From Octopus vulgaris (Eukaryota): a stretch of 64,000 nt of DNA. The notes beneath the pieces are model-generated. The model searched no databases, was not told where the DNA came from, and saw nothing but the letters and a program-made list of their open reading frames with translations. Of this stretch, positions 12,991 through 27,269 are shown piece after piece (position 1 is the stretch's first letter; each line of letters opens with the position of its first letter). Position numbers and translations under genes: made by a program. The stretch is taken from the NCBI GenBank assembly GCA_951406725.2, contig OX597816.1, forward strand, positions 174,096,001 through 174,160,000. Direction: 5' to 3'.

Positions 12991-14890
12991 AATGATGATG
13001 GTGATGTGTATATATATACACACAAACACAAATGTACTTCTCTCCCTATATACCACCTCCATCATTTAGTATATCTTTCACTCTCCTCTTCATCTAGCAA
13101 TTTCCCTTATCTATCAATCAATCAATCTCTCTCTCTTCATTATCTATTAATCTATTTCTATCTTTCTCTCATCTTATACTATTAATATTTCTCTCAAAGA
13201 AACGGTACTATAAAACCTACGTATTTTATACCACCATGTCTGTATGTGTGTTCATGTATTTGTGTATATAATTGAATGTGTTTTAGTATATCCATAAATG
13301 TATATACTCGTGTGTGTATGTGTGTGTGTGTGTGGATGGACACACTTTCATGAGTGTTAAAGTATTTGAGTCAGTACATGTGATTGTGTTTATACAGATT
13401 TGATATACGCAAGCACACACAAGCACATATATAGCAGGTTAGACGATGGTATGGCATAACTGAATCATACCCTCAATCTCTCCATCATTACCACTATCAC
13501 TATCTCTATCAGGATCTTCACACTACTGCCCCTCATCATCTCCATCATCACTATCTCCTCCTCCTCCTCCTCCTCTTTATCATCACCATCATAACCACCA
13601 TTATCACTACTCCCATCACCACTATCACCATTGTTAGCATCATATGCATCATCATCATCATCATCCTTATAATCAACTTTCTCATCATGCTACTAAAACC
13701 ACCACCATTATCATTACCATTACCACCATCATCAGAGTCATCTTGCATTTGGTTAAAGCAACATGGAAGCACTTTGGCATTTTGGCTTTTTCTGAATAAA
13801 AGAGAAAGATTATCATGTAGTTACTGATTGCCGAAAACTGTTGCACTTGTAAATGGTGAAAACCTTTTAAGAGAGTGAAATAATTTTCCTTTATTGAACG
13901 ACTAACAAGAATCTTTTTTTTTTTCTTATTATCATTATCAAGAAAGAAAAAAAAGAAAATGAAAGTTCTTATGCCCATAACCAAATAGTAAAAAAATAAA
14001 ATAGAAATTTAAAAAAGAAACTACTGAACAAATGTTATTTATTTAGCAGAGATGGTGAAGGAGATGGTAGTGTTTGAAGGGGATAAAAGAAAATATGTTA
14101 TTGATTCTGTTAGTGTAGGAGTGAATCTCTTAGCTAAAGTTAAAAAGAAACGAAAAAAATGAATAAAAAAAAATAATGCAGTTGTAAAAGATTGACAACC
14201 ATAACCCAACATATTCAATTTTGTGAATACCTATCATCTTGCCATTACCCTAAACAGTTAAAAGATGATAAACAGCTTTAAACTTTTTGCCCAAAACTAG
14301 AAGTGTTGTAAATGTTTGGTATTGAAAGTGTTTGAAGAATGTCAATACAGGAATAAACTATCATCCTTAACTATCATCCTTGGATACATCCAAGGACTAC
14401 ATTGGACTCCACTGTTTACTTTCGCTTGGTTTCTATGGTTGATGCCCTTCTTAAAGCCAACCACTTTACAGCATGCACTGGGTGCTTCTTGTGGAACCAG
14501 CACTAGTGGGGTCACAATGCAGCTTCCAAGACACCAGATGATGGGTTAACGAATGAGAAAAGGAGTTAGAGCTGAATGGATTACTTGCAGTTGAGGGGTC
14601 ACATGGCAATTCACATTTTGGTAGAGGTGAGGGAGTGATCAGGGTGGAATAGGGAAGAGATAAAATAGTGGTGATAAGAGACCTGTGTGGACCCTTAATG
14701 TCTGAGGCAAGTAGAAGTGAATGGGGGCAGAGGAACCAGGATTGTGGGTGGATGGGGTTGCAAGAGTGCTTGGCAGAGTGAGAGATGGTTAGAGATGGAT
14801 AATTGGTAAGAAAGTGCATATATTAAGGAATAAGTGTTGAGTGGATGTTATGTAGGGGAAGTAAGGAAGAGTAGGTGACAACTGTAGAAA

Positions 14891-15375
14891 TTAGATAGGG
14901 TTGAAGAGTGGAAACAGTGAATAGTGGATAAGAGGGGGGGGGGGGGGGGGGTGATTAAAGATGCATGGTGATGAAGAGTAGCAGAGGAGTAAAAATGATA
15001 CAGTTGATAGGAGAAAGATATAAGACAGAGAGATGCCAGGTGGTTGAGTAGGTTGTAAGAGTGTTGGGACAGAAAGACATGTGTAATACATGGACAGAGT
15101 GAGAGACATATGGTGATATAGAAGGTGAGATGATTTGGGGGGGGAGGTCAAGATAAAATGTGAGTGGTGGACAGTATTAAGGATGAGGGATGTATAAGAA
15201 CTAAAAGGGTTCCAAGGAGTAAGAAAGATTAGTGGTCTCAAGGATATGCTGCAGTTTGAGAGATGATGGGTGGCGGGTCATCTTGAGAAGGAAATCAAGC
15301 AAAGGGCCAAGCTGTGCATGGGTGTGTGTGTGTGTTTCCAGTATTTTTTGTTGAGCTGGGTGGATCCTTTTGAGA
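14891..15375 (+). repeat. Local duplication of about 490 bp, copy 1
   Basis: Near-identical to 18365-18855. Confidence 0.95.
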
Positions 15376-15389
15376 ACCACATATTACCA

Positions 15390-16800
15390 GTCAACCTGGT
15401 TATTTTTCATCTTCTCTGTCAGGTTCAAGATCCTGAGATCAGCCTTCACCACTTTGTCCCGTGTTTTCATGTGTCTCCCTCTTTCACAAGCTCCATCCAC
15501 GTTAAGTGATTGTCACTTCTTTATACAGCAGTCCTCGTTCATATGCATCATATAACCATACTAGTACAGTCTTGTTTTTTACACGCTACATCTGATTCTT
15601 CTTACACCCAGTTTTTTGTCTCAGCACATTTGTACTATATCATTCTTGTACACTAACATAGGAGGCGCAATGGCCCAGTGGTTAGGGCAGCGGACTCGCG
15701 GTCGTAGGATCGTGGTTTTGATTCCCAGACAGGGCGTTGTGAGTGTTTATTGAGCGAAAACACCTAAAGCTCCACGAGGCTCCGGCAGGGGATGGTGGTG
15801 ATCCCTGCTGTACCCTTTCACCACAACTTTCTCCCACTCTTACTTCCTGTTTCTGTTGTACCTGTATTTCAAAGGGCCGGCCTTGTCACTCTCTGTGTCA
15901 CGCCGAATATCCCCGAGAACTACGTTAAGGGTACACGTGTCTGTGGAATGCTCAGCCACTTACACATTAATTTCACGAGCAGGCTGTTCCATTGATCGGA
16001 TCAACCAGAACCCTCGTCGTCGTAACTGACGGAGTGCTTCCACCACACTGACATTGCACATCCATCATAGCATGCTTGCACTATTTCTCTTGACACTTCT
16101 CAAATATTCTGCAGTAAAGGCTCATGTTTCCTTATCATGCAGCATCAGAGTTCAGAATGTAAGCACCATACAATCTGCCCTTCACTTTGAGGAAAAACTC
16201 CTTCTGGCCAGCAGCAGAACTTCCAAACCATCCAGGTATTTGAGAGAATTTATTCTTGATGAACTCATAGAACATACTACTCCAATATACCTGTCACATA
16301 TAAAGCTTACTTTCTCTGATAGTCTGCCTGTGATTCCACTACAGCTCTTGAGTGTCCATAATTCATATTGGGTACCTACTTATATTGGTTGATACTTACT
16401 TCTTTACTGCATGTCATGTAAGGCATTTTCCATGAAGATACCTCTTGATTTAGAATTTCCTTTCTAATTTCCCTGTAGATTCACTTATGAGAACTATATC
16501 AGCTTAATGAAATCCCCATGGATATTCAGCCTTAAACTCTTCTGTGGGATTATGATGAATAAGGATTGAGGACCTAAACTTGATAAACTACATTCATGCT
16601 AAATTTGAAGTTGTTGTCAGCTCTCACTTTACTTGCTGCATCTTTGTACATAGTTTACACAGTCCTCCCAGGCCACTTGTCTACACTAGTTCCTTCAGTG
16701 ACCACCAAATTACTGAACATGGAACCTTGTCAAAAACCTTCTCCAAATCAATAGAAGCCAGGTACAACATTTATTCTTAGCCAACCAGGTTAAGATTAAA
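15390..16800 (-). mobile_element. Decayed RTE LINE, interrupted by SINE A
   Basis: Minus strand reads LYLASIDLEKVFDKVP near 16720-16770, with C-terminal remnants at 15400-15650. Confidence 0.65.
15661..16042 (+). mobile_element. SINE family A, full length
   Basis: Colinear with 5294-5682. Degenerate TSD cactaacat/cactgacat. Confidence 0.9.
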
Positions 16801-17800
16801 ACTATATGCACAAACATGCATGCACACATACAAACATATGTGTGTGTGTTTGTGTGAGGTTGGTCATTGCATATCTGGACAGATTGTGGTTGAGTCAGTT
16901 CTGACACTAACCTACTGCTTCCCAAAATCAGGGATTATGTCTTGTTCATGCATTCCATTTTCAACATGCCTTCTTTGGTTGAATGCCCTTCTGATAGCCA
17001 ATTATTTTATAGAGGTTACTGGGTGCAACACTAGCACTATAAAAGCTGTCTTGTCTTTGCTAAGACTAAACAGGGTTCTCTATCTTACATTGTCTCCAGT
17101 CATTTGTTCACCAACATCCGGCTGAAGAGTCAATTCTACTCTGAAATGTCTTTGCATGTTTCCCTATGTTCTCCCAATAAAACTAGATTAGATGGGAAAA
17201 GAGTGCTACAAAAGCATTAAAAGTTTTTTAAAAATCAGTGACAGAAGCGATAGTGTGACAGAAAACAGAATTATGGGAGAGAGAATGAGGAGTGGTGGTC
17301 AGCTACATGATGTTGGCAAATAGACTAAATAGAAGCAACATGCACGAGTAAGTGCAAGAAAAGAAGGTAATAGCAGAGAAGCAAAGAAATAAGGGTGAAT
17401 GAATGGTACAGGAGAGAGAGAGAGAGAGAGAGAAGTGAAAGAAATGAGAGAGAGTGATGGGAGAGGGAATGGTGAATATAAAAAATGAATGATAGATGAG
17501 GGAATAATATAAGAGTAATGGATATCATTGAAGATGGATGATGGATTAACAATAACAAGTGATGGAAGCGGAAGGAATAAGTGAGAGGGTGATAACAAAC
17601 AATAAAAAGGAACTGGTGACTGTACAGGAGTACTTCACATGAGAGGAAATATGTTAAATGTGATGGGAATCATCAACTGAATTTAACAATTTTTCCTTTA
17701 TATTAATTTAGTGATAAAGCATCTGAAGAGCAGTTGATAAGTAAGGAGACCACCTTCATTGAAAAATATTAATTGCACTTAAATGAGAACATTTAATTAA

Positions 17801-18020
17801 CCCTTTCGTTACCAACCCGGCTGAAACTTGCTCTGGCTCTGAGTACAAATATCTTGTTTGCATAAGTTTTGAATTAAAATCTTCCACCAAACCTTAGTCA
17901 CAATTTATGTTCCTAACACCAGCTTAATGATAACTAAGTTATTTTACTAAATTCTTTGTTATGTTTGAAGTAATTGACAGAAACATTGAGCATCTCAAAA
18001 TAAATACAGTAACAAAAGGG
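17801..18020. mobile_element. piggyBac-type MITE, family 2
   Basis: TTAA|ccctttcgttac...gtaacaaaaggg|TTAA. Other copies at 47374 and 63415. Confidence 0.85.
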
Positions 18021-18364
18021 TTAATTTCCAAGTAGTCTCTTCCAGTCTCCTGGATATCACTTGACAACTGCATGGTGCCACCTAGTTTCTGTGAGCCTTG
18101 CAATAATATCCAGCCCAGCAGAACTTGTACTTTCGGGATTCTGCAATCACACTGTTCACTCCCCACCATTCTTGAATTACCTCATTTCTAATATACCCCT
18201 GCAATCACGTTCTTGTTAGGGCCCTCTGAAGAAGAAAGATCAGAATCTAGCCAGCTGTTCTTACTTCTTCATAGTAGCCCACAAACAGATTGGCATGCTG
18301 AGTCTTGTCTAGTACTTTGAGCACATCTTTAATGCCTTCTATTTTGTTCTTATTCTGTGTAAGA

Positions 18365-18855
18365 TTAGATAGGGTTGAAGAGTGGAAACAGTGAATAGTG
18401 GATAAGAGTGTGTGTGTGTGGGGGGGGTGATTAAAGATGCATGGTGATGAAGAGTAGCAGAGGAGTAAAAATGATACAGTTGATAGGAGAAAGATATAAG
18501 ACAGAGAGATGCCAGGTGGTTGAGTAGGTTGTAAGAGTGTTGGGACAGAAAGACAAGTGTAATACATGGACAGAGTGAGAGACATATGGTGATATAGAAG
18601 GTGAGATGATTTGGGGGGGGGGGTCAAGATAAAATGTGAGTGGTGGACAGTATTAAGGATGAGGGATGTATAAGAACTAAAATGGTTCCAAGGAGTAAGA
18701 AAGATTAGTGGTCTCAAGGATATGCTGCAGTTTGAGAGATGATGGGTGGCGGGTCATCTTGAGAAGGAAATCAAGCAAAGGGCCAAGCTGTGCATGGGTG
18801 TGTGTGTGTGTGTGCTTCCAGTATTTTTTGTTGAGCTGGGTGGATCCTTTTGAGA
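18365..18855 (+). repeat. Local duplication of about 490 bp, copy 2
   Basis: Near-identical to 14891-15375. Confidence 0.95.
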
Positions 18856-19685
18856 TCATGTTTCAGTATATATTTATTGTCTCTACTGGGTAGATGTGCT
18901 CCTTCACCTCTTCAATCTCATAGCTTTACCCTACTATTTAGCCTTATTTCAGACATGTCTTGGGGTGGCTTATTCTGAGGCCTACTAATGACATCTAGTT
19001 GTCCAGCCCTGCCAGCAGAGTCTGCACCAAATCTGAGGTTTCTGCAATGAGCACAAAGTCATCTGCCGACCAGAAGCATATTAACAACTGATCACTGATA
19101 TTGACAGCACCTTCCTAGTCAATGTTTTCATTTTTCCACGACCATTTTGAGGTATTCAGTGAAAGACTTAAGAAAAAGTTATTCATAAAAACTATCATAT
19201 ACACACCCAATATAAAAAAATATATCTCAGTAGTTTGTGTGTGCGTGTGCACATGCATGTGAGAGTGCAAAACTAATTTTGTGTGAATGAAGTTGTTTAC
19301 ATATGCATAATCTTATCTCTATATCTTTTCATCATACATCAGCCCAACTTATCAGGGAGTGGCTGCTGAAGTACTAAAACCCAAAAAAGAATACAAATGA
19401 GTATTACACAGAAAATATATTACCACCTCCAAATATATAATGTGTGTGTGTGTGTAAAAAGTAGTTTCATATGTCTTCTATGCTAATTAAATTTAGAAAT
19501 AAACCAAGATTGTGTCCTCAACATTCTAAGGTGAGAACTACAAGTAAACAAGTAAGCAGTATACTGGATGATGAGCAGTATACTGATAATCACTAAGTTT
19601 GCATTGAATCTATAGTCATCAGCTGAAATAAGTAAAAGGGTTTTGTTATCTTTCATGTTTATCCCCTTTAATGAGACAAAGTTAC

Positions 19686-20069
19686 CTGTGGATAGCCTAT
19701 CACCTTAGCCCAAGAGAAGAACTGTCTGTCCAGTGGGTACTCTGATGTATGTAAAAAGAAAGAAAAATTCCATATCAAGAAAGCTTGCAGTGGTATGTAT
19801 ATGAAGAACATGGACAAATACAGGTATGTCAAATGCCATACAGTATAAATTCATGACTTATTACAATTATCTCTGCCACCAGGGGATGTATCAGAGTTAC
19901 CAATGGATAACTGAGACTGGCTCCATATGAGGATGGGAGATAATAACTTCAGAGAATTCTTCATTCTTGAGATTGACATACCGTTACAGAAAAGGACAAG
20001 CTCAATAAACATCATCAGCACGATAACTGACCAAGGGACAAAAGCAGAGACAAGAATGGTAGAAGACAT
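19686..20069 (-). CDS. Candidate host coding exons (20069-19982 and 19741-19686), product unknown
   Basis: ATG and a hydrophobic 29-codon stretch are followed by a gtatgt donor. A pyrimidine-rich cag acceptor then opens a 56-nt in-frame exon ending at a gtaact donor. No homology support. Confidence 0.25.
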
Positions 20070-20710
20070 TTACAAATTATTTGCATAATCTAAATATTCA
20101 TAAACAATCAAATTCTGTATGTAGATTCTATTAAATTTTGAAAATGAAATATTTTATTAAGCAGTAACTTTATACTCATCTACTTTGTGTATACATTTTG
20201 AGGAGGGGACACCCTATATAGACAGACAGACAGACAGATAGATATATATATAGATATACAAATCATTACAGACCAGATCTATATATACATAAAATCACCC
20301 CCATTGTCATCGTAATTTACTGAAGCAGACATTCTATGGTCAAATGCTCTTCCTGATCAGAAATCTGTTCTGATCCTTTCTTTTATACTCTGACATTTCA
20401 TCATCTAGCATAAGCTCCTCCGTTTCTAGTGTAGTCCCACTAGGTCAATGGAGATCTTAGTCTTGTGTGCTACATGGCAATCTCACTTGTGTTGATGCCA
20501 CAACAAAAGTACCCAGTATACTCTGTAAAGTGTTTGGCATTAGGAAGAGCAAGCATCTAACTGAAGAAATCATGTCAAAGCAGTCACTAGAGCACGCCAG
20601 AGTGCTCTGATCATTTCAATCAAGTCAAACTGCCAAACCCATGCCAGCATGGAAACAGACATTAAAAGATGATGATATGCATTCACACACACATACACAC
20701 ACGTACATAC

Positions 20711-20749
<39 letters not shown>

Positions 20750-21419
20750 CATGTATGCATGTATGTATGTATCGTCAGTCTCTTTCCATTACCTCTCATC
20801 CAATAAGAATCAAACTAAATTACTATTTCCAGAATATTCTGCTTTCTCAGCAGATAGGCAGATAGTTGTAGCATTAATTCTCTGGCCTATATTGAGTGTG
20901 GACTGGTAATATAGATAGTGACGAAGAAGAGTAAGAAAATCAGAGAGAATGAGAGATGGAATGAGGAAAGTGGGAGGAAATGCAAGAAAGACAGACAAAA
21001 AGAGTAAGAAAGCGATAAGGAAGGACATTACAATAAGATGAAAGAGATAAGGTGGAAAATTGCTGGAGACACACGGATAGTGAAATGATAATAATAAATG
21101 TAAAAGAGTTGAAAAGAGAAGGGAAAAATTGAATAAAAGACATAGAAGAAGGGAGACAGCAGAAGAGAGAAAGAGAGAGGTTTGGAAGAATGAGAGAGAT
21201 CAAATAAGAATTTCTAACATAATTACACAGCTTTGTATTTTTGGTGTAGGGATGGAATTAATTAAATTCAACCAGAATTTTACTGGTATTTCTTATATCA
21301 AACCTTGGGAGGATGAAAGACAAAGTAAATCCTGGTATGATTTGAACTCAGAATGTAAAGGGATGTAACTAAATGTTAAAATGTATGTGGTGTCACACTT
21401 TATTACTTCAGCCACTATT

Positions 21420-21451
21420 CTTCCCTAAAAGGAATAAATAATAGAAGAGAT

Positions 21452-21492
<41 letters not shown>

Positions 21493-22060
21493 TAAAGAGA
21501 AGAGAGAGTGTGAAGTAAGTGCAAGTGTATAAGAGAAGTAGTGAGAGAAAGAAAGAAAATAAGGAAAATAATATGAGAAAGAAAAGGAGATAGGGTGGGG
21601 AGGAAATAGGATAGAAAGAGAAATAGCAGGATTAAGAAGAAAGTATAAAATAAGGAGGGATATATAAAGGAAGGGATCAAAAAGAGAGATAGAAAGAAAG
21701 AGAGAGAGGAAAAGAAAAATAAATAGGCAAAGGGAAGGAGATGAATAGAAAAAAATGAGGGAAAGGCAGAGACAAAGAAGAAAGAAGAGGAAGAGAAGGA
21801 AGGATAGAAAAGGAAAGAAAAGAAATGGAAAGAGAGAGGAGACAGAAAATAGGATTGAAAGGGGAAAAGAGGGAAAAATATGAGGAGATAACATGAGAAA
21901 ACATGAGACAAAGATAACAGTTGGAGAAAGTAAAATAAAGAAATGGTGAAGGGGAAAGAGGAAGAGAAGAAATAAAATGGAAAAGATGTAAAAAGGAGAG
22001 AAGAAAGACGTAGGAGCAAGAGAGGAAGAACTGTGAAGAGAAGTAGGAAAATATGGATTA
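21420..22060. repeat. Polypurine (GA-rich) low-complexity tract
   Basis: Almost all A/G on the + strand. It produces the spurious F/L/S-rich minus-strand ORFs. Confidence 0.9.
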
Positions 22061-22133
22061 ACTGAAAAGTGTATTTCCATTTCTGACAATTCTGTTTTCT
22101 GGTCAACCTACATATTAATGGCTGCTCACAGGT

Positions 22134-22178
<45 letters not shown>

Positions 22179-23065
22179 TAGCCAAAACAGCAACAGTAGC
22201 AACAACAAGACAAGAGAACATGTGTCACTCGACTTGCAGCAAATAGCAACCAAATATATTTTAATCAAATCTTAAATGAGAAGTATACACTAAATAATGC
22301 AATCTTAGATACACTCTGAAAAAAAATGAAGCTGAGATGGTTATGGCTGTAACACCTATAATCTAATCAGGCCTGATTAGAATTAGATGTACCTATACAT
22401 TATATGATAAATATACTATTATATTATATACTAAATAAACAAACCAATAATGGGGCCTCAACACATTCTGCTAAAAATAGTCACCAAATCTCTCTTATAA
22501 CACATTTGCTATCTTAAACAAGAACACATTCAATAGTTTACTCTCAAAGAAGCAAATGGCAGGATGGTCATGACTGGAACACTCTTGATCACAGGTCTGT
22601 TTTATTAGATTTCTGAGGTCAAACACAATAACATCAGCAAGTAGCCATCATCAATATCAACAGCAGCACAGCAGCAGCAACAGATGGAGGGAGAGGAGGA
22701 GGAGGAGGATCAACAGCAACTACAATAGCAACTATAGTTGCAGTAGTAAGTAGTAGTTGTAAAAGAAGGAGGAGGAGGAGCAGCTGTAGCAACCATGGCA
22801 ATTGTAGTAGTAATAGCAACAATAATAATCGCTACAACAGCAACAGTAGTTGCAACAGTTGTAACAATATTAATTATGTACATTTTATTTTTCTCAGTTG
22901 GCTCAACGTGGAAGGAGAGGCAGGCCCGTGGCCCCTGCTATTAAGCTTCTCTTGAACTGTTGCAGGAAAAATGTGCAAGGGAGAATTACTGTGGGCCAAC
23001 ATTCTGGAGAGAAAATAATGATTAGTGTAGGGTTTGGAAAGGCAGTGACACAATATGGGTAACAA

Positions 23066-23295
23066 GGCGGCGAGCTGGCAGAAATGTTAGCACGCCGGGC
23101 GAAATGCGTTGCCGCATTTCGTCTGCCGTTATGTTCTGAGTTCAAATTCCGCCGAGGTCGACTTTGCCTTTCATCCTTTCGGGGTCGATTAAATAAGTAC
23201 CAGTTACGCACTGGGGTCGATATAATCAACTTAATCCGTTTGTCTGTCCTTGTTTGTCCTCTCTGTGTTTAGCCCCTTGTGAGTAATAAAGAAAT
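23066..23295 (+). mobile_element. SINE family D
   Basis: ggcggcgagctggcagaa...gagttcaaattcc (B box)...gcctttcatcctttcggggtcga. TSD aatatg(g/a)gtaacaag at 23052-23066 and 23296-23310. Confidence 0.85.
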
Positions 23296-23837
23296 AATAT
23301 GAGTAACAAGAGAAGAAAAGATGAGTTGGGGGAGCCTGGGTAGGTGGAGGTTGCATGGGACCAGCCAACTACCAAGCACCAAGAAGCAGAAGCCAGTAGA
23401 GTGACTGTAGAAAAGGCAGAGAAAGGAAACAGCACAAATGTAGGTCAGAGGTTAAAGTGCATTTGTGAGTGAAATAAACCAATTGAGTGGTCTTTCTTTG
23501 GATACAGCCTAAGATGTCTGTGAGTGTAGAAACAAGTTTCTGATGAGCCGACTGGATGTATCAGAGAGTTCAGGAAGTGAGAAATATTGATTGTTATGTG
23601 GCACCATGGTGAGTAAAGAGTGGATAACCTGATAGGTTCAGAGATGTTGATGTTGGGTTCTGAGGTAGGAATGAGATTGAGGGTAATTGGAATGTCAGTG
23701 TATCAACCAAGTATGCCTGTAGGGGAAAAAAAAATTGGTGTACAGAAATAAGGATTGAAAAAGATTCAGGGATTGGCAGCATCAGAATGGGGCAAATGTG
23801 AAAGACAAGACAAGTGATGGAGAGGGATGAAGTTAAA

Positions 23838-24420
23838 TATTGGGTTAGCAGCTAAGTTCCCGCCATTTTTTAAAATTTTAATATTTTAAAAGGTTTAATA
23901 AAAAGTACCAACTAATTAATCAATAATGTATTCACCCTTGTTGTTTACAACTTCTTCCCAACGTTCAACAAGATTTTCAATGCCTCGTTGGTAGAAATCA
24001 CCCAATTTCGGCACGAAAATTGATCCAACCAAACTCTCAATTCTGCATCGGTACTAATGAAACTCTGCGTATAGCATTTGAAAGAGATCGAAAGAAGTGG
24101 AAATCCATTAGTGCCAAATCAGGAGAGTATGGCAGGTGTGGCAGCACTTCCCGGCCATGCATTTGCATGGCTTCCTTGGTCATATTGGCGATATGAGGGC
24201 AGGCGTTGTCATGCAGCAGAAGAACTCCATGTTGCCGATTAGGTCTTTTCTCTTGAATAGCAACTGTTGAGTCATTTCATCTGTTGAACATAGAATTCCA
24301 CGTTGACCGTTTGGTTCCATTCAAGCAATTTGTAATGGATAATCCCTTCCCAGTCCCACCATATGCACAACATATGAAGATCTTGTTTCACACACAGTGT
24401 TGCTTGTTTACTAGGGCTAA
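23838..24420 (-). mobile_element. mariner transposon remnant (3' half)
   Basis: Minus strand reads LLLHDNACPH and EVLPHLPYSPDLAL (the YSPDLAP motif). TIR-like tattgggttagcagctaagttc. Confidence 0.85.
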
Positions 24421-24449
24421 GCTATTCCTTATCAAGTAGTTAGCGTGAA

Positions 24450-25330
24450 AAAACATAGGTAAGAATGAAAGGGATTTATTTATATGACATCCCTATGGGA
24501 GCCAGTGACTCTGCTGAAGCTACTGACCTCGTTGGACTCTACCTACTTAACAGTCTCCATTAACCATTTCCCAACATCTCCGGTGAGCTATAGAGAGATG
24601 GCACTGTTCACTATCCAAAATTCTAGTAAGCAGATAATGAAACAAACTAAAAAAAGATGAAGAAGCTTCTTTAAAAACGTTGGCTTCAGTATCTCTTTCT
24701 AAAATGTCAAAACCACTAATTTCTTAGATGTTACCCTGGACTGACAAAACCAAACCTTCTACCCATACCACAAACCTGGGGAAAGCCTCCTCCTCTGCTA
24801 ATCAAGATTTATTCGATCAACATGCTGAATATTACAACTGTGCCCAACAACATGCTGGATATTAACACTTAATTGAATATATACCCATGTGGGACATTCA
24901 TCTCTCAACTAAACCCAGAGCAAAAACTAGTTCCTAACCCCCATATTATAAATGTAACCCCCTACTCCACCCCTCCAATACCCATCCAAATATTGGAGTA
25001 GCAAATGACCTAACAAACGACCCACCCCCTACCTGATAATCCCTAATCCCATATACGCCACAACCAACCAAAACACACCAACATACACCTCCAAAACCCT
25101 ATCTCCATCTAGGTAACCCTCCCTAATCAAATTAAATGAATTAGACACAAGACGTCATCTGGTTCCACCCCACCCATCACCCTTTATGTCCAGACTTGAG
25201 TACCCAAACTCTTCTTCTCCCTACTCAAAAAATATTTCCCTAAATCTAACCCCCTTAGAAAAATATTTAATCCCCAATCTATAAAGTTGTCCTACTCTAC
25301 CACTACCAACAACACTGCTGGAGTTACCCA
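24450..25330 (+). mobile_element. Decayed Penelope-like retroelement RT
   Basis: DIPMGASDSAEATDLVGLYL, LYRD, TNFLDVTLD and PYHKP, then WFHP. Contains frameshifts and stops. Confidence 0.75.
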
Positions 25331-27269
25331 AAATCTTAACAAGAAACTCTAAAATCCATCAATGGTTAACCTCCACCCTAGTAAATTAATTCAACATAAC
25401 TTCTAACTCCATGCATATAAACCCAATGCACCAACTGACCCCCTTAACAAAACTAACCCCTGATAACTACAATTATAATGCCAAAGCTAACACCTGACTC
25501 TTAAATGCACCACAATGCCCAAATATACTTCCTGTCATAATAGTGAACATCCCAGAGGATAAACAGGATACAATAATCATACAATACAACCCAACAACAC
25601 CACCCTCAACTCCTCTCCAGCTTTGTCCGTGTTACATGCAATTGAAGAATTAGACTTTTCGGTTATATTTTCTGTAATGAACTGGAATACCTATGATTCG
25701 AATTTCATCAAAATTGCAGATGAGGGTTCTTTCCCTCTTTGCACACCCTAAAAAAATTCTAATCATGACACATGTATCCCATATTACTGATCTTTATGCG
25801 CAGATTCCAAAATTCCAGTCTTATAGAATCTGTTAAAAGGATTTTACTCTTGAAAAATGGAGGTCATGGAGCTCTAAAATGTGGGAGTTAAGGCCCCTAT
25901 TGGGGGTGGGTGTCTGAATGTCAACCAGAAAAGTTGAATTGTTGAGAATCTTTTTATCTTGGGTCTTATATGTATTGTTCGAATTTCTTTGAAATAGGAA
26001 ATATGTGTTTACTGGGTTTGTAAAAGAGAGAGCAAAGCTACAGGAAACCAAAAGACGAATGATCACAATGAGCAGTCAGCTACCGTACCCTAGTCGTTAC
26101 TACTCCCCAGTGTAGGATTCCTCACCATACAGGTGACAGGCACAGCTGTAAGATGCATTACGAATCTATAGCAATTGGAAGTGTGTGACCCAACTGAAAT
26201 AAACATTAACAAATGTGTGATGTGAGGGCTAAGGAGAAATGAAAGTGTCACCTTTGGAGTTTGCAAATGACCACTATACTGATACGTAACTGGACAGAAT
26301 AAATTTACAATCTATAAATGTCTTTGAATAACCAGTCATTCATCTGAGAAGGCCTTGAAATCTATGTTACCATCTGGGGACTATGTGTGACCCAGTGATA
26401 ATAAACACTGAAAGGAGGTCTGCAACCAAATAACTTTACTCAACACTTTGCAACTGAATCAGTGGAGGCAAAGATGCCTCTCATTTACTTGACAATTTAT
26501 GCACCACATTGCAGAAATCACAATCTAAGTGTATGTCAAAGCAAACTCTTACACTGTTGCACCATTGAATTACAAATAATGCTCATCTTTTATGCTAGGG
26601 TGACCCTACAGCTTCCAAGAGTACAACTGTATTCATCTTTGCTTAGATAAAATGACTAAATTGTGGGTGTTAAGTCCCCATGAAAGGGTCTTTCTAACTT
26701 CTAAGAAGACGAAATTTTATAAATATTACTTCATTTGTATCTATGGTTAAAATTTCATCAACAGCAAAAATATATGAATTGTCATGGGTGTTATGACCCT
26801 TATGCATAGAATATAATTTCCAACTTTCATAAAGATCCATTCAGTACTTTTGACCTAGTTTTGGATCATAAAAAATGACTAAAATTTGGGAGTTAAGGCC
26901 CCCATTCGGGTGTCTTAAAATACTCATGAAGTGGAAACTTTGAGAATAGTTCTTGATGTGTGTCGATTACCTATGGTTGAAATTTCAAAAACATTGAAAA
27001 ATTATGAATTTTCATGGACGTTCTGCCCCCTTTAAGCCATCTGAAATTCATTATACCCGCCCTTATGCATTGAATCTAAGTTCCAAATATCATAAGGATC
27101 CATTCAGTAATTTTGGTCCATGAAATTGTATGAAACACACAGCATTACCTGGACACATCCTGTTAAAATAAATTGGATCTGCACAAATGAAAACAAACAG
27201 CAGCCATTATTGTGTAGCAGCAACATTTCTGCTGTCCCAAATTATTAGGCAGGTACCCAATTTAAGTGT

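Noticed and set aside
21408-22268. Long minus-strand ORFs (286 and 224 aa)
   Set aside because: They are by-products of a polypyrimidine low-complexity tract.
23535-23580. CTGATGA hammerhead core
   Set aside because: No matching GAAA-stem III-UH half with a pairable stem I was found nearby.
25640-27130. Recurrent short motifs (gggagttaaggcccc, cataaagatccattcagta) suggesting a DNA transposon
   Set aside because: I could not define termini or coding motifs.
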